Of a stretch of 64,000 nucleotides of DNA, positions 28,148 through 38,046 are shown in pieces. Each line of letters begins with the position of its first letter. The first letter of the stretch is position 1. The notes below the pieces were generated by a model. It made no database searches and was not told the DNA's origin. It saw nothing but the letters and a program-made list of their open reading frames with translations. Both the position numbers and the translations under genes were made by a program. Source of the DNA: Deltaproteobacteria bacterium (GTDB lineage: Bacteria > Desulfobacterota > Binatia > HRBIN30 > JACQVA1); assembly GCA_016178705.1 (NCBI GenBank), contig JACOST010000028.1, positions 4,951 to 68,950 of the forward strand, written 5' to 3'.

Positions 28148-29164
28148 ATGCGAGCCACAGTGCCACCGCTGATCTCGATCCTGCTGCCCGCTTTGAACGC
28201 GGCCGCGACCTTGCCCGCGTGCGTGCGCAGTGTCTGGCGACAAACCGAGACGCGATGGCAATGCGTCATCGTCGACGATGGCTCGACTGACCATACGGCC
28301 GCGTATGTGCGCCAGGTCAGCGAACGCGACGCGCGCTTCACCATCGTCACGACGCCGCACCGCGGCTTGGTCGCGGCACTCAATACGGGTCTGGCGCACT
28401 GCCGCGGTCAGTTCATCGCGCGCATGGACGCGGACGATCTGATGCACCGTGATCGCTTGGCGCTGCAAGTGCGTGCGCTGAACCAGGCGCCGGCGTTGGC
28501 AGCGGTGGGCTGTCACGTGCGGCTATTTCCGCGCGCGCACTTACGCGACGGGCGCCGCGAGTATGAGCGTTGGCTGAATCACATCGATTCGCCCCGGCGG
28601 GTGCGCGAAGATGCCTTCGTTGAATGTCCGATCGCACATCCAACTTTACTGATCCGTCGCGACGTGCTGGCGGCCTTTGGGTATCGTGACGCCGGCTGGC
28701 CCGAGGACTACGATTTGGTGTTGCGCCTGCTCGTGTCCGGCCACGAAATCGGCGTGGTGCCGCGCCGCCTGCTGGCGTGGCGTGATGGTCCGGCGCGCCT
28801 GTCGCGCACGCACGCGATGTATGACTTGGCGCGTTTCGCCCCGTGCAAGGCGGCGTTTCTGGCGACGCACTTTTTGCGCGCGGCGGACACCTACGTGTTG
28901 TGGGGCTATGGCGAAACCGCGCGGGCGCTGCGACGGGCCTTGTTGGTGCACGGGAAGCGACCGGCCTATGTTGTCGAAGTGCATCGCGGCCGAGTCGGCA
29001 ACACAATTCACGGTGCGCCGGTGATCGGACCGTCGGAGTTGCCGCGCATCCCGCGGTTGCCGCTAGTCGCATCGGTGGCCGGCGAAACACCACGCCAGCA
29101 GATCCGCGCCGCCATGGCCGCGATGGGGTTCGTCGAGTTGCGCGACTTCATCTGCGCGGCCTGA
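28148..29164 (+). CDS. Glycosyltransferase family 2
   Basis: ISILLP, IVDDGSTD, ARMDADD, AHPT, EDYDL. Confidence 0.9.
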   Translation: MRATVPPLISILLPALNAAATLPACVRSVWRQTETRWQCVIVDDGSTDHTAAYVRQVSERDARFTIVTTPHRGLVAALNTGLAHCRGQFIARMDADDLMHRDRLALQVRALNQAPALAAVGCHVRLFPRAHLRDGRREYERWLNHIDSPRRVREDAFVECPIAHPTLLIRRDVLAAFGYRDAGWPEDYDLVLRLLVSGHEIGVVPRRLLAWRDGPARLSRTHAMYDLARFAPCKAAFLATHFLRAADTYVLWGYGETARALRRALLVHGKRPAYVVEVHRGRVGNTIHGAPVIGPSELPRIPRLPLVASVAGETPRQQIRAAMAAMGFVELRDFICAA

Positions 29165-29227
29165 TCGGGCGGCGCTCGCGTGCGCGTCGGCGCATCTGGT
29201 ATGGTCCGCGCCGATAGGAGTCTCACG

Positions 29228-30451
29228 ATGAAGCTGCCTCAGAACGGAATCTCCAGCGATGCGCTGTTCGCGACCATGCGCGAACGCAAGGCGGCAGACG
29301 CCGATTGGCGCGGTGGGCGCACGTGGAGCCTCGTCTATCCTGCCGGTGAGGATGTCGATGCGGTCCTGCGCGAGGCGAACAACCTGTACCTGTTCGAGAA
29401 CGCGCTCAATCCGTTCCGCTTTCCGAGCCTGCGCAAGATGCAGGCCGAGGTGGTCGCCATGACGGCGGATCTTCTCCACGGCGGCGACGACGCGAGCGGG
29501 ACGATGACCTCCGGCGGGACCGAGAGCATTCTGATGGCGGTGGAGACGGCGCGCGAGCGCGGCCGCGAGGAGAAGGGAATCACCAAACCGGAAATGGTCG
29601 TGCCGCACTCGGCGCACCCGGCGTTTGCCAAGGCGGCGAAGTATCTCTGCGTCGAGATGAGACAGGTGCCGTTGCGCGCGGATCTGCGCGCCGATGTCGC
29701 CGCCGCCGCGCAGTTGATCAGCGACAATACCGTGCTGCTGGTGGGATCGGCGCCGAGCTATCCGCACGGGGTCATCGATCCGATTACCGAACTGGCGGCA
29801 CTCGCCGCGGCGCGTAACATCACGTTTCATACGGACGCGTGTGTCGGCGGCTTCCTCTTGCCGTTTCTCGAACGACTCGGTCATCCGGTGCCGCCGTGGG
29901 ATTTTCGCGTGCCGGGCGTGACGACGATTTCCGCGGACGTGCACAAGTACGGCTATTGCACCAAGGGCGCATCGGTGATCGCGCATCGCTCGCAGGCGAC
30001 GATGCAATACCAGATCTTCATGTACGACGCGTGGCCAGGCGGATTGTACGGCTCGACCGCGATGGCCGGCACGCGTCCCGCCGCGCCGATCGCGGCCGCA
30101 TGGGCGGTGATGAACTATCTCGGCGAAGCCGGCTATCTGCGTCTACAGCGGATCGTGATCGAGACGGCGCAGCAACTGCGCGCGGGGATCGCCGCGATTC
30201 CGGGGTTGCACATCTGGGGCGAGCCCGACGCCAGTTTGCTGGCATTCGGCTCCGAGTCGTTTGACATCGCCGCGGTCGGTGATGCGATGGACGACAAGGG
30301 TTGGCACCTCGATCGCCAAAACAATCCCGCCGCGCTGCATCTCATGGTGACGCCGAATCACGCCAAGATCGTCGCGCAGTTTCTCACCGATCTGCGCGAT
30401 GCGGCCGCGCTCCACGGCACGTCACGCGGTGTGCAAGCGCGCTACAGCTAA
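29228..30451 (+). CDS. PLP-dependent enzyme, sphingosine-1-phosphate lyase/group II decarboxylase-like
   Basis: TSGGTESI, GSAPSYPHG, HTDACVGG, SADVHKYG (PLP lysine). Confidence 0.88.
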   Translation: MKLPQNGISSDALFATMRERKAADADWRGGRTWSLVYPAGEDVDAVLREANNLYLFENALNPFRFPSLRKMQAEVVAMTADLLHGGDDASGTMTSGGTESILMAVETARERGREEKGITKPEMVVPHSAHPAFAKAAKYLCVEMRQVPLRADLRADVAAAAQLISDNTVLLVGSAPSYPHGVIDPITELAALAAARNITFHTDACVGGFLLPFLERLGHPVPPWDFRVPGVTTISADVHKYGYCTKGASVIAHRSQATMQYQIFMYDAWPGGLYGSTAMAGTRPAAPIAAAWAVMNYLGEAGYLRLQRIVIETAQQLRAGIAAIPGLHIWGEPDASLLAFGSESFDIAAVGDAMDDKGWHLDRQNNPAALHLMVTPNHAKIVAQFLTDLRDAAALHGTSRGVQARYS

Positions 30452-30473
30452 CCTTGATGTGACATGAACGGAT

Positions 30474-30620
30474 TCACCGCAGAGCGCGCCGAGAACGCCG
30501 AGCCGTGGAGTGGGAGACGACGAAGGAGCCAACGAGTGTCCATTGCCAATGAGGTCAACGAAGATTGCTCGAATACCCTGGTGGCGGCTCTCTCTGCGAC
30601 CTTCGTCTCCTGGGCGGTGA
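30474..30620. repeat. Imperfect inverted nonamer-type repeats (TCACCGCAGAG... / ...GGCGGTGA)
   Basis: tcaccgcagagcgcgccgagaacgccgag and ctctctctgcgaccttcgtctcctgggcggtga flank about 85 bp. Confidence 0.5.
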
Positions 30621-30647
30621 GTGTTCTGTCGCATCAGGGTTGATCGG

Positions 30648-31184
30648 ATGAGCGCCGACGATCTGCGAATCGCACTGCGCCGCCTCGAGGATCGCGAAGC
30701 GATTCGCGAGTTGCACAACCAGTACTGTTTCATCCAGGACCGCGGCCATACGAGCCATGCCGAGGCCGACGTGCGGGCGTTCCTCGCGCTGTGCGCTCCT
30801 GATGTTGTGTGGGACAACAGCTCGGATGGCTCACGCGCGCACCGCGGGCATGCGGCGGTGGCGGCATATCTGCGGCAACTGTGGGCCCGTTTCGAAGACT
30901 GCATGCACTTCGTTCACAACCTGTCGATCACGTTCGACTCGGATGATCGCGCACGCGGCCGCTCCAGCTTCGATGCGGTCGGCGACGTCAATGGCGAGGC
31001 GTTCGTTGCCGCAGGCTATTACGAAGACGAGTACATTCGCACCGAGGCGGGCTGGCGCTTCCGATTGCATCGCGAAGTGCCGTTCTTCTTTGTGAAGACG
31101 ACGGAGAACTGGGCCGGCCCTAAGCCCCGCATCATGAAGGAATGGGCGGTTGCGGGCAGTCGAAAGTCAAAAGCAGAAAGTTGA
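30648..31184 (+). CDS. NTF2/SnoaL-like protein
   Basis: LEDREAIREL..QY, HFVHN, GYYEDEY.RT..GWRF. Confidence 0.85.
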   Translation: MSADDLRIALRRLEDREAIRELHNQYCFIQDRGHTSHAEADVRAFLALCAPDVVWDNSSDGSRAHRGHAAVAAYLRQLWARFEDCMHFVHNLSITFDSDDRARGRSSFDAVGDVNGEAFVAAGYYEDEYIRTEAGWRFRLHREVPFFFVKTTENWAGPKPRIMKEWAVAGSRKSKAES

Positions 31185-31238
31185 AAGCCAAACGGGTCCG
31201 CATCTGGCTTTCAGTGTTTCACTTTGAACTTTCAGCTA
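31158..31238. repeat. Inverted heptamer arrays (NNGAAAG-type) between convergent genes
   Basis: agtcgaaagtcaaaagcagaaagttgaaagcc ... ggctttcagtgtttcactttgaactttcagcta. Confidence 0.6.
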
Positions 31239-32569
31239 GGTCTCTCCGGCGCAATCTCTTCCAACTCCCGGGCGGCAGTTTCGGGTAGCGTCAGGGCGAT
31301 GATGAGCGGCGCGATCGGCACAACGATCAACATAAGAGTGAGCGCGGCGGCGTGGCTGCCGACGACGCCGTAGAGCTGTCCTTCGACCCACAGGCCGAGC
31401 GCGGCACCGAGCGTGTAGACGACGGCGCGCACACCCGACGCGGTCGAGCGATAGGAGGTCGGGAACAGTTCGCCGCCGAGTGCCGCAAACAACACCAGCA
31501 CCATGGTCAACGTCATGACCATGAGCCCCCACGTCAACGGAACCCAGAAGCCAGCGACGTGATAGAAACCGGCGATTGCGCCGGCGTTCACCAGCGACCC
31601 CGCGATCATGATGCGCTTGCGGCCGAAGCGGTCGCCGAGTGAACCGGCCACCACGTTGCCGATCGGTGCGAGGACGCCGATGGTGAGATACATCACCGCC
31701 ACGTTGGCGGGCGAGTAGTGATGGACCTCTTGGAGAAACTTGGAGGCGAAGAGCAGACTGGTCTCGAACACGAAGGCGACCGGAAGGAGGGCCGCGCAGA
31801 GGGCGACAATGCGGCCGGGATACATGCGGACGAGATCGCGGAAGGGCTGCAGCGCCGCGTGCAGGCCGGATGCCGTCGCGCGCGTGGTCCGATGATATTC
31901 GAAGCGGGGCGTTTCGCTCAGCGTACGGCGGAACCACGCGATCAGCAGCAACGGGGCAACCCCGACCACGTAGAGCGCACGCCAGCCGAACGGGAGCAAG
32001 TTCACCACCGAAAAGATGATGGCGGCGAGTCCATGCCCGAGCGATCCGAGCGCGCCCATCATGCCGATGCCCCAGCCGCGGACGTTGGCGTCGAATTCTT
32101 CGATGATCACGACCACGGCCAACATGCCCTGACCGGCGATGAACACCCGGGCGAGAAACTGCAGCGCGGCGAACTCCGCCGCGGAGCGAACGAAGGCGGT
32201 CAGAAAGGTGCAGACGGTGAAGCCGAGAATCGTCGCCAGCAGTAGCCGGCGTCGTCCAGTGCGATCGGCGAGCACGGTGAGGAGGAGCGCCGGAATCACG
32301 CCGAGGCGGACCACCGCGATGAGTGCACCGACATCGGCTTCGGCCACGCCGAGTCCGGTTTGGATTTGCGGCAGCGCCAAGCCCAGCACCCCGAGATCGT
32401 AGTTGTCGATCAAGGCGGCGGCGCCCAACACACCGAGCACGTTCCACTGCCGGCTGGTCAACGCCGGCGGCTGTCCAAGCCACGGCATCGCCCGCAGCCA
32501 CCACGGGCGCGCAGCCGAGCGTTCGGGGTCGGCGGTTGGTGATGGCGTTGTGATGATGGCGTGGCTCAC
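31232..32569 (-). CDS. MFS transporter
   Basis: About 12 TM; DNYD, LADRTGRR, GDRFGRKR, ELFPTSYRSTA, LPET; start uncertain. Confidence 0.9.
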   Translation of the reverse strand: MSHAIITTPSPTADPERSAARPWWLRAMPWLGQPPALTSRQWNVLGVLGAAALIDNYDLGVLGLALPQIQTGLGVAEADVGALIAVVRLGVIPALLLTVLADRTGRRRLLLATILGFTVCTFLTAFVRSAAEFAALQFLARVFIAGQGMLAVVVIIEEFDANVRGWGIGMMGALGSLGHGLAAIIFSVVNLLPFGWRALYVVGVAPLLLIAWFRRTLSETPRFEYHRTTRATASGLHAALQPFRDLVRMYPGRIVALCAALLPVAFVFETSLLFASKFLQEVHHYSPANVAVMYLTIGVLAPIGNVVAGSLGDRFGRKRIMIAGSLVNAGAIAGFYHVAGFWVPLTWGLMVMTLTMVLVLFAALGGELFPTSYRSTASGVRAVVYTLGAALGLWVEGQLYGVVGSHAAALTLMLIVVPIAPLIIALTLPETAARELEEIAPERPS

Positions 32570-32632
32570 GCGCGCGACAGTAGTCGAGGTGCGGGGCCGT
32601 TGCCAGGGGCGACGTACGATAGGCACTGGGAC

Positions 32633-32650
32633 GGCGACGCATGCGTCGCC
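32633..32650. repeat. Single family A REP core
   Basis: ggcgacgcatgcgtcgcc. Confidence 0.7.
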
Positions 32651-32735
32651 CCAACACTCGCGTCCACGATGCGCGGCCTTCTCTCTGAGCCCGTTCTCGG
32701 CCATAAGAGGGCAACGCTGCGACTCCGGAGATGCA

Positions 32736-33386
32736 ATGACCGACACACGCACCACGATCGACATCGACTCCATCGGCGAGGACGTTCCCCTACTCGCCGG
32801 CATTCGTACCACTCGCGCGATTCGGCGGCTCAAGCCTGATCCGGTGCCTCTCGAGTTGATCCGCAAGGTGTGCGAGGCGGGCACGTTCGCGCCTAGCGGC
32901 GGCAATCGTCAGCCGTGGATCTTCATTGCCGTGACCGAGCCGGAGCGCCGCGCATGGATCGCCGAGCGCTATCGCCGCGTGTTCCTCGCTTACATTCAGC
33001 CGGCCATCGAAGCGGCGCGCGATGCAAACTACCCGGCCGCGAAGCGGCGCAACATGGAGTCGGCGATCCATCTCGCCGAGCACTTGCACGAAGTACCCGT
33101 GCTGCTGTTCGTCGCCGGCTGGACACGGCGTGGCGCGCCGCAGACACAGGCGCTGTTTCCGGCGATTCAGAATGTTCTGCTCGCCTGCCGCGCGGTCGGG
33201 CTGGGTGCCTCGCTCACCAACGTCCACACCGCCTTCGGGAAGGAGATCGACGCGTGGCTCGACCTGCCGGAGAATTGCCCGACGTGCGCCATGCTGCCGA
33301 TCGGTTGGCCGCAGATTCCGTATCGCCGTCCATTGCGGCGATCGATCGATACGTGTCTGTTCTTCGAGCGGTTCGAGAAGCAGTGA
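32736..33386 (+). CDS. Nitroreductase family protein
   Basis: TRAIRRLKPDPVP, APSGGNRQPW, AIQNVLLACRAVGLG, IGWP. Confidence 0.9.
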   Translation: MTDTRTTIDIDSIGEDVPLLAGIRTTRAIRRLKPDPVPLELIRKVCEAGTFAPSGGNRQPWIFIAVTEPERRAWIAERYRRVFLAYIQPAIEAARDANYPAAKRRNMESAIHLAEHLHEVPVLLFVAGWTRRGAPQTQALFPAIQNVLLACRAVGLGASLTNVHTAFGKEIDAWLDLPENCPTCAMLPIGWPQIPYRRPLRRSIDTCLFFERFEKQ

Positions 33387-33408
33387 CCATCACGGTATGG
33401 AGAGTGGA

Positions 33409-34128
33409 ATGAACACGCGATGGCAAGGCTGGCGTAACGCTTCGCGGAACGCTGCAGCGACCGGCTGGATCGAACTCTCGCACCGTTTGCACGCTGATCT
33501 GGCGCGGATTCCTCTGTTCGACAAGCCGGACATTCGCCGGCGCATGAGCATGCCGCAGGATCCGTTCAATCTCACCGAGATTCACATGGCCTGTCACTTC
33601 GGCACGCATGTCGATGCGCCGATTCACTTCATTCCCGACGGTCCGGCGATGCACGAGATTGCGCCCGATCGCTTGTGCGGAACCGGCGTCGTCTGGCGGA
33701 TCGAGTGCGAGCAGTACGGCGTGATCGACGCCGACGCGTTCGAGTGCGCGCGCCCGGTCGTGCAAGCGGGCGACATCGTGCTGCTCGACACCGGCTGGGC
33801 GCAACACGTCGAGTCGGACCGTTACGGTGAGCACCCGTGCCTCAGCGTTACCGCCGCGCAGTGGCTGGTGGATCACGACGTCAAACTCCTCGGCGTCGAC
33901 GTGATGACTCCCGATCTCGCCGTCAACCGGCGACCGCCGGGCTTCGATTGGCCGGTCCATCACGTCTTGCTGAGCCAGGGCGTGTTGATTGCGGAGAATC
34001 TGATGAACCTCACGTCGTTGGTGGGCCAGCGAATCGAAGTCATGTTTCTGGCGCTCAACATCGAAGGCGCCGACGGCGCTCCGGCCCGGGTGGTCGCGCG
34101 GCGTGCGACTGCTGCGACCGCGGAGTGA
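33409..34128 (+). CDS. Cyclase family (kynurenine formamidase-like) metal hydrolase
   Basis: HFGTHVDAPIH, GDIVLLDTG, IAENL, GADGAPARV. Confidence 0.9.
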   Translation: MNTRWQGWRNASRNAAATGWIELSHRLHADLARIPLFDKPDIRRRMSMPQDPFNLTEIHMACHFGTHVDAPIHFIPDGPAMHEIAPDRLCGTGVVWRIECEQYGVIDADAFECARPVVQAGDIVLLDTGWAQHVESDRYGEHPCLSVTAAQWLVDHDVKLLGVDVMTPDLAVNRRPPGFDWPVHHVLLSQGVLIAENLMNLTSLVGQRIEVMFLALNIEGADGAPARVVARRATAATAE

Positions 34129-34154
34129 CAAGGGAAAGAAAATCGCACTCACAG

Positions 34155-34183
34155 GTCAACCAAAGGCACGGCTCGTTCGTCAG
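34155..34183 (+). promoter_or_regulatory. Putative ECF-type promoter
   Basis: gtcAAC (AAC 34158-34160)-N17-CGTC (34178-34181) just upstream of SD GGAGGT and an operon containing an ECF sigma. Confidence 0.5.
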
Positions 34184-34205
34184 TGTAGGCAACGGAGGTA
34201 GCGAC

Positions 34206-34715
34206 ATGACGAAACGCAAGATGCTAATGATTGGCCTGGTAGCTGTTGGTATCTACGCAGCGGCCGCCGACGCGCAGCCGATCCCACCGGGGCCACCGAT
34301 GGAACACCATCATGAGGGACCCCATTGTGGGCACATGAAGGGTGGAGGTCCGGGACGGCTCATCCACTTGCTGCTGCGGTCCACTGATCTGACGGCGGAC
34401 CAAGAGACTCAAGCGCATCAGATTCTCGACGCGGGTCGCGTTGCTGTGCAGGACCTTTTCACCCAGTTGCATCAAGCCGATAACGATCTGGCGAATCTGC
34501 TACTCGGTGCGCAAGATGTGCTACCCGCTGCGTTGACGGCACAACAAGCGCTCATCACCCAGTTACAACAGCAGTTGGCACAACACGAAGCCGCCACCGT
34601 CTTGGCGATCCGCGCCATTTTGACGCCGGAACAGTTGGCCCAAGCGAGCGCCGCGTTGAGTGACATGGAGGCCCGGCACGCCGACGAATCGCGCCGCTTC
34701 GGAAATGGCGGTTGA
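34206..34715 (+). CDS. Periplasmic Spy/CpxP/ZraP-like helical protein with His-rich N-terminus
   Basis: Signal peptide; MEHHHEGPHCGH; LTADQ and LTPEQ (LTxxQ) motifs. Confidence 0.8.
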   Translation: MTKRKMLMIGLVAVGIYAAAADAQPIPPGPPMEHHHEGPHCGHMKGGGPGRLIHLLLRSTDLTADQETQAHQILDAGRVAVQDLFTQLHQADNDLANLLLGAQDVLPAALTAQQALITQLQQQLAQHEAATVLAIRAILTPEQLAQASAALSDMEARHADESRRFGNGG

Positions 34716-34786
34716 CCTGCACGCGTGTCGCAAGCGACGACGAGCGGCATTCAATTCCGTGTGCGGAGGACGGAACGGACGAGAGC

Positions 34787-35335
34787 GTGAAAGCGGCGGC
34801 AGCGAAAGATCAGTCAGACTACGACGCGCTCTTCCGGACGCACCATGCGCGCGTCGTGCGCTTGTGCCGACTCTTGCTCTCCGATCCAGACGAGGCTGAT
34901 GACGTGACGCAGGAGGTTTTTCTCAAATTGTTCCAAGCCTGCGAAAAATTGTCTCAAGCCTACGAACTGGGCGATCGTGAGATTGCCTGGGGAGCGTGGC
35001 TCACCCGGGTTGCCGTCAACGGGTGCCGGGATCGGCGACGCTCGGGCTGGTGGAAGTGGTGGCGCGAACGGCACGAGGAGTTTGCGGAAGCCAACCTACC
35101 GTCGGCGACACTCAACCCCGAGCAGCAGACGCTGAGTAACGAAGCCCGGCGCGGAATCTGGCGATGCTTCCGACAGTTGTCGGCGCGGCAGCAAGAAGTG
35201 TTCGCCTTGCGCCAATTGGAAGGCTGGTCGACCGAAGAGGTAGCGCAAACGCTCGGGCTGAGCCCAGGCAGCGTCAAGCGTCATCTCTATCGAGCGGTCC
35301 ATCACATGCGCACCGGGCTGGGAGGTTACCGATGA
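34787..35335 (+). CDS. ECF RNA polymerase sigma factor
   Basis: ADDVTQEVFLK, WLTRVAVN, LSARQQEVFALR..EGWS.EEVA..LG.SPGSVKRHLYRA; start uncertain (TTG 34712 possible). Confidence 0.92.
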   Translation: MKAAAAKDQSDYDALFRTHHARVVRLCRLLLSDPDEADDVTQEVFLKLFQACEKLSQAYELGDREIAWGAWLTRVAVNGCRDRRRSGWWKWWRERHEEFAEANLPSATLNPEQQTLSNEARRGIWRCFRQLSARQQEVFALRQLEGWSTEEVAQTLGLSPGSVKRHLYRAVHHMRTGLGGYR

Positions 35336-35832
35336 ATCGATGCCTCGACGAGCGCGCGCTGCTGCGGATGTACACGCACGACGGTAGCGCCGCCGAACAA
35401 TCCCATTTGCGACTGTGTACGGAGTGTACTGAACACTACGACCAACTGGTTGGCGATCTTGAAACGATCGGCCACGCGCTCGCAACACCGCCACCGGCCG
35501 CCGTCAGCCGTCGCGCGTTGCCCGCTCGGATGTCTTGGGTGCCTGCCGGAATCGCGGGTGCGGCGCTCGCGGTCGTGATGCTAAATTTCGCCTGGGTTCG
35601 GCATTCATCGCCAGTACAGGTGGCGACTCGCCTTCACAACGTCTCGGCGTTCGCCGGGGACTTGTCCGATGCGCTGTTTGCGACGTCCGACGCGAGCGCC
35701 TTTGTGCCGCTAGCTGAGGAGGCTCCATATCTCGAGGCCGCGCTCAACGCCGGCCAACCCTGCACGCAGGATCAATTTTTCCGTGGCGCGTGCACTGATC
35801 AATTCTCCGCTCTCATGATTGAAGACGAGTAA
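35332..35832 (+). CDS. Putative zinc-finger anti-sigma factor
   Basis: ATGA overlap with the sigma gene; HLRLCTEC (HxxxCxxC); TM helix; periplasmic C-terminus. Confidence 0.8.
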   Translation: MNRCLDERALLRMYTHDGSAAEQSHLRLCTECTEHYDQLVGDLETIGHALATPPPAAVSRRALPARMSWVPAGIAGAALAVVMLNFAWVRHSSPVQVATRLHNVSAFAGDLSDALFATSDASAFVPLAEEAPYLEAALNAGQPCTQDQFFRGACTDQFSALMIEDE

Positions 35833-35860
35833 GGACGAACAAGATGGAGGAGATTGTCAC

Positions 35861-36358
35861 ATGTTGAAGTCCAAACTGCTGTTCACCGGGTTGGTGTTGG
35901 CCAGCCTGACCTCGGCTCCGCTGCACGCGCAACCGATGGGCGGACCTCCGATGGGCGGACCGCCGATGGGCCGCATGATGCACGGAGACGATCCGGCGAT
36001 GATGCTCCACATGGTCCTCAAACAGGCCAATCTCACAGCCGACCAGCAGGATCAGGTGCGGAAAATCATGGACGCCGATCATCAGAATTTGCGCGCGCTG
36101 TTTTCGAAATTGGAGGCGGCCAACCGTCAGTTGGCCGATAAGCTGTTTGGCCCGGGAACGGTCCAGCCGGCCGACTTGACGCCGCAGGTGCAGCAGATCA
36201 CCCAGCTCCGACAACAGTTGATGGAGCAAGGCGTGAAGACCGCCTTAGCCGTGCGGGCCGTGCTCAGCCCGCAACAACTGGCCAAGGTTGCGCAGACCAA
36301 AGATCAACTCGAGAAGCTGCAAACGCAGATGCGCAATATTATCGAGGGCAGCGACTAA
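35861..36358 (+). CDS. Periplasmic Spy/CpxP-like protein with Met-rich N-terminus
   Basis: SD GGAGGAG; signal peptide; PMGGPPMGGPPMGRMMH; LTADQ, LSPQQ. Confidence 0.82.
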   Translation: MLKSKLLFTGLVLASLTSAPLHAQPMGGPPMGGPPMGRMMHGDDPAMMLHMVLKQANLTADQQDQVRKIMDADHQNLRALFSKLEAANRQLADKLFGPGTVQPADLTPQVQQITQLRQQLMEQGVKTALAVRAVLSPQQLAKVAQTKDQLEKLQTQMRNIIEGSD

Positions 36359-36403
36359 GTCGACCAGAGGCGCTCGAATGGCAAAGTACAGCGGAGGTGC
36401 ACG

Positions 36404-36556
36404 ATGAAGCGAATTGCGATGCTGATAGTTCTGAGCTTAGGGCTGGCGATCCTCGGCAGGTTTTCCCCGACTGCCGCCAATTGTGGGCAAGCGATCGCTG
36501 CCGACGACGACGGCGGAGATGACGGCGACGGGGATGACGACGACTCCGGTGCCTAG
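36404..36556 (+). CDS. Small secreted Asp/Gly-rich peptide (50 aa; absent from the ORF track)
   Basis: SD GGAGGT at 36393-36398; MKRIAMLIVLSLGLAILGRFSPTAANCGQAIAADDDGGDDGDGDDDDSGA*. Confidence 0.65.
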   Translation: MKRIAMLIVLSLGLAILGRFSPTAANCGQAIAADDDGGDDGDGDDDDSGA

Positions 36557-36723
36557 CGTCGAGGTCGGCGCTCTGGGCCACACCCCAGAACGCCTGGTCG
36601 TCTCGACCATCCCACACTTGGCTTCGGTTGTGGTGACCGCGCGCGCTTGATTTGGGCGCCGAGCTGGATTCGGGACGCGTCTCCGTCTATCTACGCGGCA
36701 CGCGCAACGAAGGGAGATGCGAC

Positions 36724-37104
36724 ATGAGTAGCGACCCCCATTTGCAGCTGGCTGAACGCCTAATGGCCGCGATCATGGCGGGCAACGTCGACGAGGTGCG
36801 CCACATCTACGCGCCGAACGCCGTGATCTGGCACAACAACGACAACCTCGAGCAATCGGTCGATGAGAATCTCGCGGTGCTCGGGTGGGTGGTGAAGCAC
36901 GTCTCGAATCTGCGCTACGAGATCATCCGGCGACAACGCATGGACAGCGGCTTCGTGCAGCAACACGTCCTGCGCGGCACCGCTCCGAACGGCAAGCCGC
37001 TCGAAGTGCCGGCGTGCTTGGTGTGCACGGTGCAGGACGGCCGCATCACGCGGCTCGACGAGTACCTCGACACCGCGCATCTCGCGCCGCTGGTACAACA
37101 GTAG
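36724..37104 (+). CDS. NTF2/SnoaL-like protein
   Basis: YAPNAVIWHN, FVQQHVLRG, GRITRLDEYLD. Confidence 0.88.
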   Translation: MSSDPHLQLAERLMAAIMAGNVDEVRHIYAPNAVIWHNNDNLEQSVDENLAVLGWVVKHVSNLRYEIIRRQRMDSGFVQQHVLRGTAPNGKPLEVPACLVCTVQDGRITRLDEYLDTAHLAPLVQQ

Positions 37105-37133
37105 GCAGTAGGCAGTTGCGAGCCAAGGGGAGA

Positions 37134-37922
37134 TTACTTGCCCGATTGCTGGCGACCTCTTGCCTGGATGCCGGCGCGGCGGGTGGCGATCTGCTCGGGG
37201 GTTAATTCGCGCGCATGCTCGGTAGACGCCTTGGTCTCGAGGCGCAGGCCCTCGCCCAAGGTAGTGGCGTAGCCCTCATCGATTACGCGTTTGTACGCGC
37301 GCATCGTCTCGGGCACACAGGAGAGAATGTCCGTTGCGAGTCGGCGACAAGTCGGCAGAAGGTCCTCTGGGTTGACGACACGATTCACCAAGCCCCACGC
37401 CTCGGCCAGCTCTGCGGAAAGATAGTTGCCGCTGAGGGACAGCTCCTTGGCGCGATAGATCCCGATCACTCGCGATAGTTTCTGACTCAATCCCCAGCCG
37501 GGCACGAGACCGACACGAGCATGGGTGTCGGCGAAGCGCGCGTTGGTCGACGCGATCAGAATGTCGCACGCGAGCGCGAGTTCGAAGCCACCGGTGATGG
37601 CGAAGCCGTTGATCGCGCCAATGATCGGCCGATTGAACGATGTTAGCGCGCGCACGACATCGGCGCCGGCGATGGCGGATTCGTTATCGCTCGGTGGCTC
37701 GCTCTCGCCGCTGAGTTCTTTGAGGTCTAACCCCGCGCAGAAGGCTTTGCCCGCGCCGGTGAGAATGACGACGCCGGTCCCCGCGTCGTTCTGGAGTTCA
37801 GCGAACGCTTGCACGATCGCCGCGCGTAAGGCGCGTGACAAGGCGTTCATCGCCTTGGGGCGGTTCAAGGTAAGCGTGGCGATGCCGTCGCTCTTTTCAA
37901 TGAGGAGAAGTGGTTCGGACAT
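37134..37922 (-). CDS. Enoyl-CoA hydratase/isomerase
   Basis: TLNRPKAMNALS, FCAGLDL, AINGFAITGGFELALACD, FADTH. Confidence 0.95.
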   Translation of the reverse strand: MSEPLLLIEKSDGIATLTLNRPKAMNALSRALRAAIVQAFAELQNDAGTGVVILTGAGKAFCAGLDLKELSGESEPPSDNESAIAGADVVRALTSFNRPIIGAINGFAITGGFELALACDILIASTNARFADTHARVGLVPGWGLSQKLSRVIGIYRAKELSLSGNYLSAELAEAWGLVNRVVNPEDLLPTCRRLATDILSCVPETMRAYKRVIDEGYATTLGEGLRLETKASTEHARELTPEQIATRRAGIQARGRQQSGK

Positions 37923-38046
37923 TTGATCCCCCTTCGTGTCTTCGCTCAGTTCGTATCCAGCAACGGCGCCGTCGGTGCAAGTCCGAGGCGTCGCTTGCGG
38001 GACTTCCGCCTCCGTAGACCGTTGAATCGCGGCGTGTGTCCAAGTT

